Shown here in pieces: positions 56,412-64,000 of a stretch of 64,000 nucleotides of DNA. Numbering within the stretch: position 1 is the stretch's first letter; each line of letters starts with the position of its first letter. This DNA is from a virus (lineage: Duplodnaviria; Caudoviricetes), in the IMG/VR virus record IMGVR_UViG_3300028591_000143, positions 33,589 to 97,588 of that record; one strand, written 5' to 3'. Below the pieces are notes generated by a model. That model made no database searches and was not told the origin of the DNA. It saw only the letters and a list, made by a program, of their open reading frames with translations. Position numbers and translations under genes: made by a program.

Positions 56412-58520
56412 ATGAAAAATATCTTACCAAAATTGCAAGCACAGTTTGATAGAATGTGTGCGACAGGTAAATTATTTCAAAGTAGTATTTCTGGTCATGA
56501 GTTAGCGGATACATATTTGCTCGGTTTTGTCGAGGATCCTGTTTTTAGAGATCCTGAGAGTTCTGTGCATAATTGTAATTCCTGCAAGAACTTCATACAC
56601 CGCTATGGTACTATCTTGGCCATTGATGCTGACCTTAATATTATAACTCTGTTTGATATTCCCGATATTGACGAGGAGTATAAGGAGTCGTTTAATTTAA
56701 TGTCGGAAGAGCTTAGAGAGGCACCAATCAAAGGTGTTTTTGTAGAGACTTATGACAATCTTTCTGAGAAATTATGTTATGAGAGGCCTATAAAGAAAGA
56801 TCAAGAGAAATACTGGTTAGGACTTCAGAAAAATGTGAAGTGCTATACAGAAGAAGAGGCTAATAAATTTGGTGTAGTAAAGCCAAATGAAATCAGAGAG
56901 TTTTATCATCTTTCTGTTCAGATTCCTCGACAGTTCATAGATTTTAGTGGAAGCAGTGTGGAGGCAATACAGGGAAGATATTACGATTCTTTCATGGTTT
57001 TCAAACGGACTATGGAAGAGATACCACTCGACACAGTTTATCTTGTCAGAGATCTCATTAACCAAGGATCACTTCTCGATGGGGATGCACATCTTCATAA
57101 GATTGAGGGTATTATTCCAATGCTCATAGAATATCAGAAAGTACCAGTAGATAAGCGAGAAATCTGGTGTTGGGTAAAGTCGGTTGGGTTCAAATATGCC
57201 AAGTTCAAGAATGAACTTATTGGTGTATTATGTACTGAGCTGGCCGAAGGTAGGGAATTGAATGAGGCATGTAAAGCCTGGAACATTAGAGTTGATCCAG
57301 CTAATTATATGAAAGCCACAGCCCCTATCACTAAAAAACAAATTGAGGAGGCTAGAAAATTTGTAGTAGATAACGGTTATGAGGAATCGTTTTCTCGGAG
57401 ATGTGCTACTATTGAGGACATCAAAGCTTCGGACATTCTTCATATCAATTCCGGAGATGGTACTATTAAGAAAGTATCTATTTTCGATGATGTGAAGCCA
57501 ACCCATACTCTCCATAAAAGAAGTGAATTCGATAAGGTTGAGACGGTTGGAATAGAGAAGTTTATGTCAGATATATTACCAACTTGTACTTCGGTTGAGG
57601 TATTTCTTCTTAACCAGCACAAGAGAAACATGGTAACTCTCACAACTTCCGAAAATCCGGATAGTAAACCAATCTTTAAGTGGCCGAACAACTACTCTTG
57701 GACTTATGCCGGAAATCTAGCCGGTAAGTCTCAGATTAAAGAAGCTGTTAAGGCGGCAGGTGGTATTGTAGATTCTCCGTTCCGTTTCTCGATTATGTGG
57801 AATGAAGATGGAAGGGATATTGTAGATCTTGACGCTCACTGTGTTGAGGGAAATAAAAACTATGAGATCTATTATGGGAATAGGAAAGTTCTATCTCCCC
57901 TCGGAGGAACTTTGGATGTAGATATGATTCGTCCGGCAACAAAAGGAGTAGAAAATATCTACTACGAATCTATACCGAATGGACAATTTAAGTTCTTCAT
58001 CCGCAATTATGATGGTGGGAAACATAAGGATTGCCGAGCAGAACTCTACATTGACGGAGAGACTTATAGTTACTACATTAACCACAAGATATGCAGTGAC
58101 GAACTCATTGCTGTTGTGACTATTGAAAATAGTGTCGTGGTGAACATAGAGCAATCTAAGTATCTCACCGACAGTAACGCAACGAGCACTGAGATTTATG
58201 GTCTAGAGACTAATCAGTTCCACAAAGTAAATCTTATCTGCCTTTCTCCTAATCATTGGGAAGGAAAGGTAGGAAATAAGCACTACTTTTTCATGTTGGA
58301 GGGATGTAAATCTCCTACTAAAATCAGAGGTTTCCATAATGAGAACTTGATTCCGGAACTATTTGCTCACCGAAAAGTCATGGAGGTTTTAGCAAATACA
58401 ACGATGGTGGAGTCAACCGATAATCAGCTTTCAGGGCTTGGGTTTGATGCTACTGTTCGAGATGAAGTAATTGTGAGACTTAAAGGATCACATAATAGAG
58501 TATTAAAGATTCAATTTTAA
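56412..58520 (+). CDS. Large hypothetical protein with a YfaP/DUF2135-like domain
   Basis: HNCNSC N-terminal motif; DLDAHC…GGTLDVDM…GVENIYY. Confidence 0.7.
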   Translation: MKNILPKLQAQFDRMCATGKLFQSSISGHELADTYLLGFVEDPVFRDPESSVHNCNSCKNFIHRYGTILAIDADLNIITLFDIPDIDEEYKESFNLMSEELREAPIKGVFVETYDNLSEKLCYERPIKKDQEKYWLGLQKNVKCYTEEEANKFGVVKPNEIREFYHLSVQIPRQFIDFSGSSVEAIQGRYYDSFMVFKRTMEEIPLDTVYLVRDLINQGSLLDGDAHLHKIEGIIPMLIEYQKVPVDKREIWCWVKSVGFKYAKFKNELIGVLCTELAEGRELNEACKAWNIRVDPANYMKATAPITKKQIEEARKFVVDNGYEESFSRRCATIEDIKASDILHINSGDGTIKKVSIFDDVKPTHTLHKRSEFDKVETVGIEKFMSDILPTCTSVEVFLLNQHKRNMVTLTTSENPDSKPIFKWPNNYSWTYAGNLAGKSQIKEAVKAAGGIVDSPFRFSIMWNEDGRDIVDLDAHCVEGNKNYEIYYGNRKVLSPLGGTLDVDMIRPATKGVENIYYESIPNGQFKFFIRNYDGGKHKDCRAELYIDGETYSYYINHKICSDELIAVVTIENSVVVNIEQSKYLTDSNATSTEIYGLETNQFHKVNLICLSPNHWEGKVGNKHYFFMLEGCKSPTKIRGFHNENLIPELFAHRKVMEVLANTTMVESTDNQLSGLGFDATVRDEVIVRLKGSHNRVLKIQF

Positions 58521-58568
58521 AAAGCTTATTCTTGCTCTAGGATTTAAAATCACTAAAATATAAGAAAT

Positions 58569-58949
58569 ATGTACAAAAAAGCTGCAAAATTAAAACTCAG
58601 ATTTAATTCTCCTAAGGGATTATTATCTGTTGAGCAATTATTCGACCTCACTACATCAGATCTAGCCAATCTCATTAAGAAGGTTAATGCTGAGATCAAA
58701 AAAGAGGAGAGGGTCGATGATGATTTAGCCTTCTTAGAGGGAAAGGATGAAGTAACCTCTCTAAATGTTCTCAAATTTGACATCTTGAAGGATATTTATC
58801 TTACTAAATTGAAAGAGAGAGATGATGCTGCAACTGATCAAGAGAAGAAGGATTATCGACAGAGAATTGCTGAGATTATTAAGAAAAAGAAAGATCAGGA
58901 GTTGGAGAATTTATCCATCGAGGAGTTGGAGAAAAAGCTAAACGAGTAA
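58569..58949 (+). CDS. Hypothetical coiled-coil protein
   Basis: KLRFNSPKGLLSVEQLFDL…LSIEELEKKL; co-transcribed with 56412. Confidence 0.75.
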   Translation: MYKKAAKLKLRFNSPKGLLSVEQLFDLTTSDLANLIKKVNAEIKKEERVDDDLAFLEGKDEVTSLNVLKFDILKDIYLTKLKERDDAATDQEKKDYRQRIAEIIKKKKDQELENLSIEELEKKLNE

Positions 58950-59023
58950 TTGTTTTTTGTTTTCGGGAGGTTAGGGATTATTTTCTAACCCCCTTTATTT
59001 TAGTTAAACATACACAATGAAAG

Positions 59024-59557
59024 ATGGATGAAAAAGAAAAATCATTATTAAATATTGTATTATTAGATCTTCTTCCTTATGATACTAAGGTTGCAATAGA
59101 TTTTAAAGAGTATTTAGAGTGGTTACCTGACGGGGAACCCTACAAAGAGAAGCTAGAATTTGCCCTTAAACACCGAGGAAAAACTATAGAAGACATATCA
59201 AAGGAGCCTAATATATTATATTCATATCCATGTAAGGGAAGATTCGGAATGCTTAGGGGATATGAAAACGAAGAATATGGAGTTCCGGTTGAGTTTATTA
59301 GACCATATCTCCGCCCAGTTTCAGACATGTCAAATGAGGAAATTTGCACATTATTTAAGATTCTTGAGATAGATATAGATGGTAATGATGAGAATTGGAT
59401 AAAAGTAAATGATTGTTTGGGCATAGAGTTCTTCTTTCCTACTGGAAAGTTTATAGGAGATGTTGCAAAATCCTATGACTATCTTAATTCAATTCATATT
59501 AACTACAGGGGCCTTGAACTAGCTTTAGAAGCCCCAAAAAATATGTATAATAAATGA
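59024..59557 (+). CDS. Hypothetical protein
   Basis: RPYLRPVSDMSNEE…HINYRGL; related to 55082. Confidence 0.75.
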   Translation: MDEKEKSLLNIVLLDLLPYDTKVAIDFKEYLEWLPDGEPYKEKLEFALKHRGKTIEDISKEPNILYSYPCKGRFGMLRGYENEEYGVPVEFIRPYLRPVSDMSNEEICTLFKILEIDIDGNDENWIKVNDCLGIEFFFPTGKFIGDVAKSYDYLNSIHINYRGLELALEAPKNMYNK

Positions 59558-59652
59558 CAGAGGAAAAGAAACAAACATTAATAAAGGTTTTATAATGTTC
59601 CTTTTCCATGTTTAAAATGTCCCTTCGATTGTTATGAGAAAAATTAATTAAT

Positions 59653-60195
59653 ATGATTGTAGATATTAAACTGCGAGAAAATGCCTTAGATAGACTTAGG
59701 CAGAAATGTAGAGAATGTCTTCCAGAGGAGAATGAAGAAGATAGGGAAAAGTATCTGAAGGATGCTGTACCTATTCTTTATGACTATGATAGTGTCCGGA
59801 TTGATGAAGGAATTTTTAACTTACCTAATAGTATATACTATCATATGTTTATTGAAGGTCTCGAAAATAAAAAACCAAGTGATTATGATGTCTTATTCTT
59901 TGATGATTGGTTGGGAGATAAAGAACCTTATGGTCTTGCAGATAACATTGAGCAGATAAAAGAATATTTATCTCCTTATTATGAAGATAAAGAACATAAT
60001 TATTTTATCAATGTATATAGAGTTGATTGGAATCCAGAAAATAAGGGTAAAACTGGGGGATTTAGACCATATAAGTGGGGACCTTATTTGGGAACATATA
60101 ATCAAATAGATGAGTGTGAATACTATGATGATTGTGAGTTTCCGGAAGATTATCAAGGTTATTTAATTCATTTTCATGTTTATATGATTAATTAA
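59653..60195 (+). CDS. Hypothetical protein
   Basis: 180 aa; YGLADN.EQI…GFRPYKWGPYLG. Confidence 0.75.
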   Translation: MIVDIKLRENALDRLRQKCRECLPEENEEDREKYLKDAVPILYDYDSVRIDEGIFNLPNSIYYHMFIEGLENKKPSDYDVLFFDDWLGDKEPYGLADNIEQIKEYLSPYYEDKEHNYFINVYRVDWNPENKGKTGGFRPYKWGPYLGTYNQIDECEYYDDCEFPEDYQGYLIHFHVYMIN

Positions 60196-60229
60196 TACCT
60201 AGTTTTAAAGATAACTAATTATAATTAAT

Positions 60230-60653
60230 ATGGAAAATAGTAAAAAAACAGTTTAGGTCACAGTGGACAACTTTTGGGGAATCATGTAAACTTGTTGATG
60301 CAGGTCTTCCTAAGGAGACGGCAGATATGTGGTATGATCTAATGGATGGTGATGAACCAGAAGATAAAATAGCATATCTAGATGTAGATAGGTGGCTTGT
60401 AGAGAGTTATGAAACATATCCATGTTGGTCTTTGGGTTCACTAATGATATTATTACCAAAGATAAAAAATGAGGATGAAAATGAGTGTTATCCTGTCATA
60501 ACTCAAGAAGTGGGTACTTCCAAATGGCATTGTATCTATACTGGCACTTCACTTCATACAACAAGTAGGTATGATACACCTATAGAAGCCATTATTGACA
60601 TGATATTATGGCTTTTAGAGAATAAAATGGAGTTAAATATTCCAACCGTATAA
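60230..60653 (+). CDS. Hypothetical protein, apparently frameshifted at an A7 run (60242-60248)
   Basis: Frame of 60327 extends upstream to 60249 without a start; ATG at 60230 is one base out of frame. Confidence 0.6.
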
Positions 60654-60662
60654 CTCTTAAGA

Positions 60663-61040
60663 ATGACAAAGATGACAACGCAAACACAAGAAATTATTTT
60701 AAACGAAAGTAATACTGGTTTTACATTTGATGGTAATTACTATAACTGTTCATATATTATTGAACGTGATAAAAAATTAATTTTACAGGAAGCAGATATA
60801 TCACATCCGGAAAATATAGAAAAATTATACGTAAGAGAGTCATTATCACCTCGTAAAGTACATATATATCTAGGTGAGGCTGGTGATCCTGTAGCAATTA
60901 TGATTATTTATACTATAGATTATAAAAATAAAGGTGAGGGTAGTAGATTAGCATGCGGTGATTATTATATTATAGAAATACATGATGATAGTAGTAAGAT
61001 TTTACTTCCTCATTTCTATCAGGCCAGTATCTGTTGGTGA
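60663..61040 (+). CDS. Hypothetical protein
   Basis: 125-aa ORF. Confidence 0.65.
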   Translation: MTKMTTQTQEIILNESNTGFTFDGNYYNCSYIIERDKKLILQEADISHPENIEKLYVRESLSPRKVHIYLGEAGDPVAIMIIYTIDYKNKGEGSRLACGDYYIIEIHDDSSKILLPHFYQASICW

Positions 61041-61137
61041 TTATAAATCAATATAATGGGAATAACACTCACCTCAAATCCTTATAAATGTGAAAAACTC
61101 AAATAAAAATTAAAGAATAAAAAAATAATAACAATAT

Positions 61138-61209
61138 TGCGGGGTGGAGCAGTGGTAGCTCACTAGGCTCATAACCTAGAGGTCGTTGGTTCGAATCCGG
61201 CCCCCGCTA
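61138..61209 (+). tRNA. tRNA-Met(CAT), initiator-like
   Basis: Cloverleaf, CT-CAT-AA loop, unpaired 1:72. Confidence 0.9.
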
Positions 61210-61226
61210 CTAATAAAATAACAAAT

Positions 61227-61442
61227 ATGAAAAAATTGTTATTAATTTTAACGTTATTCGTTTGTTGTGGATGTAGTAGTAATACAGAACAACAGCAGAG
61301 TGAAAAAGTAATTGACATTTCCAACGACGGGCGGTTTGAGGTTGTCAGAATAGGCAATCATCAATATATCTTATATCGAACTGGATATAAGGGTGGAATA
61401 TGTCACTATCAAGACTGTGATTATTGTCATGGTCGACGTTAA
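61227..61442 (+). CDS. Small lipoprotein-like protein
   Basis: MKKLLLILTLFVCCGC signal/lipobox; GGICHYQDCDYC. Confidence 0.7.
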   Translation: MKKLLLILTLFVCCGCSSNTEQQQSEKVIDISNDGRFEVVRIGNHQYILYRTGYKGGICHYQDCDYCHGRR

Positions 61443-61518
61443 AAAAAGTGCATCCCTCATCAATAGGGAAGGCAATCGAGGGTCCTATAGGCAAGATCTT
61501 ATAGGTCCCTTGCTGTTC

Positions 61519-61603
61519 GGAAAGATGGCAGAGTGGTCGAATGCGGCGCTCTTGAAAAGCGTTGATCTGCGAGGATCCGGGGGTTCGAATCCCTCTCTTT
61601 CCG
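61519..61603 (+). tRNA. tRNA-Ser(TGA)
   Basis: Long variable arm, CT-TGA-AA loop, G73. Confidence 0.95.
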
Positions 61604-61614
61604 CAAATATAAAT

Positions 61615-61688
61615 TGTTCTGTAGGCCAGTTGGATAGACCGTCAGATTTTGGTTCTGAATGTCGCTGGTTCGAGTCCAGCCAGAACAA
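61615..61688 (+). tRNA. tRNA-Gln(TTG)
   Basis: TGTTCTG/CAGAACA acceptor; TT-TTG-GT loop. Confidence 0.9.
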
Positions 61689-61695
61689 CAACTAT

Positions 61696-61778
61696 GACTA
61701 TGTGCGCGAGTGGCTGAAACGGGCGGTCCGCAAAACCGTTAGGGAGACCTCACGTTGGTTCGAATCCAACCATAGTCA
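61696..61778 (+). tRNA. Atypical tRNA, anticodon GCA (Cys) on a Tyr-like body
   Basis: Loop CC-GCA-AA, long variable arm, A73. Confidence 0.75.
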
Positions 61779-61784
61779 CTAAAA

Positions 61785-61858
61785 CGGGTATTAGCGAAGT
61801 TGGTATCGCGCTTGGTTTGGGACCAAGAGATCGCAGGTTCGAGTCTCTGCATACCCGA
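61785..61858 (+). tRNA. tRNA-Pro(TGG)
   Basis: CGGGTAT/ATACCCG acceptor; TT-TGG-GA loop; one extra base in T-arm. Confidence 0.9.
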
Positions 61859-61967
61859 CAATTTTCAACAAATCATGTTTTTTGTTTTAATAAATCCTTT
61901 CATACTTTGGTCATAATTTGTTTGTATTTAGGAGGTTATTAAAACATATGTATATTGTTTTGTTTTC

Positions 61968-62007
61968 AGACACTGGGATAGTCTTCGGGCTATTCTGGTG
62001 TTTTTTT
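61968..62007 (+). terminator. Terminator after tRNA cluster
   Basis: ACACTGGGATAGTC-TTCG-GGCTATTCTGGTGT plus T run. Confidence 0.7.
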
Positions 62008-62133
62008 CAAAAACCCTTCAAACCCCTTATATATGAAAAATAGTTCGCTTTTTGTTCTTTTTCTCTTCTTAACCCCTGAAATCCTTATATATGAAATAAA
62101 AAATCATAACACAAATAGAAAAACTGATGAGAT

Positions 62134-62208
62134 GGTCCGTTCGTCTAGTTGGCCTAGGACGTAAGATTTTCATTCTTAAAATCGCGGGTTCGAATCCCGC
62201 ACGGACTA
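62134..62208 (+). tRNA. tRNA-Glu(TTC)
   Basis: Cloverleaf; TT-TTC-AT loop. Confidence 0.9.
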
Positions 62209-62212
62209 CAAC

Positions 62213-62284
62213 GCTTTGGTAGCTCAAAGGCAGAGCGATTGACTGTTAATCAATAGGTTGGGATATCGTAATTCCCCCAAAGCG
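62213..62284 (+). tRNA. tRNA-Asn(GTT), non-canonical T-loop
   Basis: GCTTTGG/CCAAAGC acceptor; CT-GTT-AA loop; G73. Confidence 0.85.
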
Positions 62285-62422
62285 CAAGAATATAACATCA
62301 TATTTGGTGTTATATTTTTTTTTATTTTTTATATCATAGTAAAAGATTCATTGTTTGAAAAACAATTACCTTATCAATCTAATATAATAAATAAAAAAAA
62401 GAGATAATAATACTATCTCTTT

Positions 62423-63343
62423 TTATTCTCTCCATTTCCACAATTGTATTTTATTTTCATTTAAATGATCTATTATCTCTAATAACTGATCCAATTCCCT
62501 TCTTCTATTGATTATATCTATTTTTTGTTGATTTATTTCATTTTTTAGAATTCTTATCTTGTTTTTTAGATTATGTTCATGGCGTAAGATAAGTTTATTT
62601 ATTCTCTCATTTAAGTGTTCTTCTGTTAATGAAAAAATCCAACCTGTATTATATGGAACTGGAACAATATTGTCTTTACTTTTCAAAAAAGCAATAGAAC
62701 CGCTATTACTTTTCACTGGCCTAACTCTACCACTTTTATCGATCCGTATTAACTTATTACAAATATGATTAAGAACATTGCTTGTACTTATAGTGAATTT
62801 AGTTACTTTCATGGGTTTTTTTATCTTTAATGTATCTAACCATCTGATACTTGGACAATAGAACCCATAGTATGTCCCATTATTATTTAATATATTAATA
62901 ATAATATTAAATATATCATTCAATGGTTTATCTTTATCTATTGAAGATATTATTTCATCTATTGAATTAATCTTATATTTTTCTTTTAGTTGATTAATTA
63001 TCTCAATATTTAATATATTATTTTCTATGCAGAAAATATCTTTAGGATAACAATTTTCATAATAAGAAAAGTATTCAGTGATTAGATAATTATCTATGTT
63101 ATGTACATATAATTGATCGTCTATTATAGCATAATCATCTAATAGACCTATATTCTCTAATCTCATATAATACTTTATATAGTTTAAGAATTTAAATTCA
63201 CTATTTATAGTAGTAGTTTTAACGCTATCCCACTGTAGATTAGTTAGATTATATGCAGAGTCTTGTTGCATATTTTTTTTTATAAGAGTAATTTCCTTTT
63301 TACTTAATCTACTATTCTTTAATCTTTCATAATACGAATCCAT
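62423..63343 (-). CDS. Hypothetical protein
   Basis: YYGFYCP…TGWIFSLTEEHLNERI; paralogous to 63351. Confidence 0.75.
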   Translation of the reverse strand: MDSYYERLKNSRLSKKEITLIKKNMQQDSAYNLTNLQWDSVKTTTINSEFKFLNYIKYYMRLENIGLLDDYAIIDDQLYVHNIDNYLITEYFSYYENCYPKDIFCIENNILNIEIINQLKEKYKINSIDEIISSIDKDKPLNDIFNIIINILNNNGTYYGFYCPSIRWLDTLKIKKPMKVTKFTISTSNVLNHICNKLIRIDKSGRVRPVKSNSGSIAFLKSKDNIVPVPYNTGWIFSLTEEHLNERINKLILRHEHNLKNKIRILKNEINQQKIDIINRRRELDQLLEIIDHLNENKIQLWKWRE

Positions 63344-63350
63344 ATTACTC

Positions 63351-63938
63351 TTATTTTATAAGGGTTTTATTTTTAAGGTTTTTTATTAAATCTTTTATCA
63401 TTTCTTTATCCTTTGTTATCTTTATTTCCCCTTGTTTTATTTTAAATAAATGAGAATCTACGATATTCATTAATCTGACTATTAATTTCTCCTTTATTTT
63501 TTCTATTGAGTTCTCTACATGTTCTTTTGTTAAGAAAAAAGACCAACTAGTGTTATTACTTTGTACCAGCTCTCCGTTTTCTTTTTTTAGAATAAATAAT
63601 GGTTTTGATAGGAAAAATATTTGCTTGATATTATCCTTCTCATATTGAGAGATATTACCTAAATCGATTGCTTCTTCTATATTATTTTCTTCTATTTTTA
63701 GCTTATGTATTATTTTTTTCTTCCCTTCTATTAGAGAATTAATAGAGTATACATTAGGATTATATATTCCGTAAAAAATTCCACTATTGCTGCTATACAC
63801 TAAATCATTAATAACTCCCATTAATTCTGTATTATTAATATTATACCTTAGTATGTCAAATGGATCTTTTAAATTTAAAGAATCCATGAGATAATATAAA
63901 ATACCAACACCTAATGGGCCTTGTTCGAAAGAAAACAC
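63351..63938 (-). CDS. Hypothetical protein (may extend upstream of listed start)
   Basis: FYGIYNP…TSWSFFLTKEHVENSI; paralogous to 62423. Confidence 0.7.
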   Translation of the reverse strand: MFSFEQGPLGVGILYYLMDSLNLKDPFDILRYNINNTELMGVINDLVYSSNSGIFYGIYNPNVYSINSLIEGKKKIIHKLKIEENNIEEAIDLGNISQYEKDNIKQIFFLSKPLFILKKENGELVQSNNTSWSFFLTKEHVENSIEKIKEKLIVRLMNIVDSHLFKIKQGEIKITKDKEMIKDLIKNLKNKTLIK

Positions 63939-64000
63939 ATGATGATCTATTCCTAATTTATTATAGTCAGAAATCTTATATGCAACACAACTATATATAG

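Noticed and set aside
61393-61782. 129-aa ORF (+) and antisense ORFs 61169..61357 and 61485..61691
   Set aside because: They run through clear tRNA genes
62124-62133. Hammerhead-like CTGATGA before tRNA-Glu
   Set aside because: No stem II or downstream GAAA core could be formed
1-64000. Stop-codon reassignment as in some Bacteroidota phages
   Set aside because: Long genes are intact in the standard code, TAG and TGA end genes at sensible boundaries, and there is no suppressor tRNA

Overview
AT-rich segment of a large tailed phage with a contractile tail. The host is probably Bacteroidota, inferred from the BACON and BspA-like LRR domains; the standard genetic code is used. About 500-49850 (minus strand) is the virion module: portal, a cluster of small leader-bearing proteins, prohead protease, scaffold, major capsid, more small leader-bearing proteins, sheath, neck, a second sheath-like protein, tail tube, tape measure/lysozyme, baseplate and tail fibre. 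It is interrupted by two free-standing Zn-repeat endonucleases and a helicase cassette. 50576-62290 (plus strand) holds a helicase, a GIY-YIG-like nuclease, small accessory genes and 8 tRNAs. Four observations stand out. (1) A [KR]-x-[FY]|[SGAT] motif is shared by capsid, scaffold, protease and about 19 small proteins. Many of these are glycine-zipper proteins, and two interchangeable N-terminal leaders occur; this looks like a capsid-targeting/processing code with an expanded cargo set. (2) A 156-nt group I intron splits the tail tube gene. (3) Six covarying tRNA-like three-way-junction elements lie between virion genes. (4) There are three SF2-helicase paralogues with shared structured or repeat-rich upstream DNA, and one is paired with a nuclease carrying the same C-terminal domain. 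All family assignments come from motif recognition and gene order; no database search was run.
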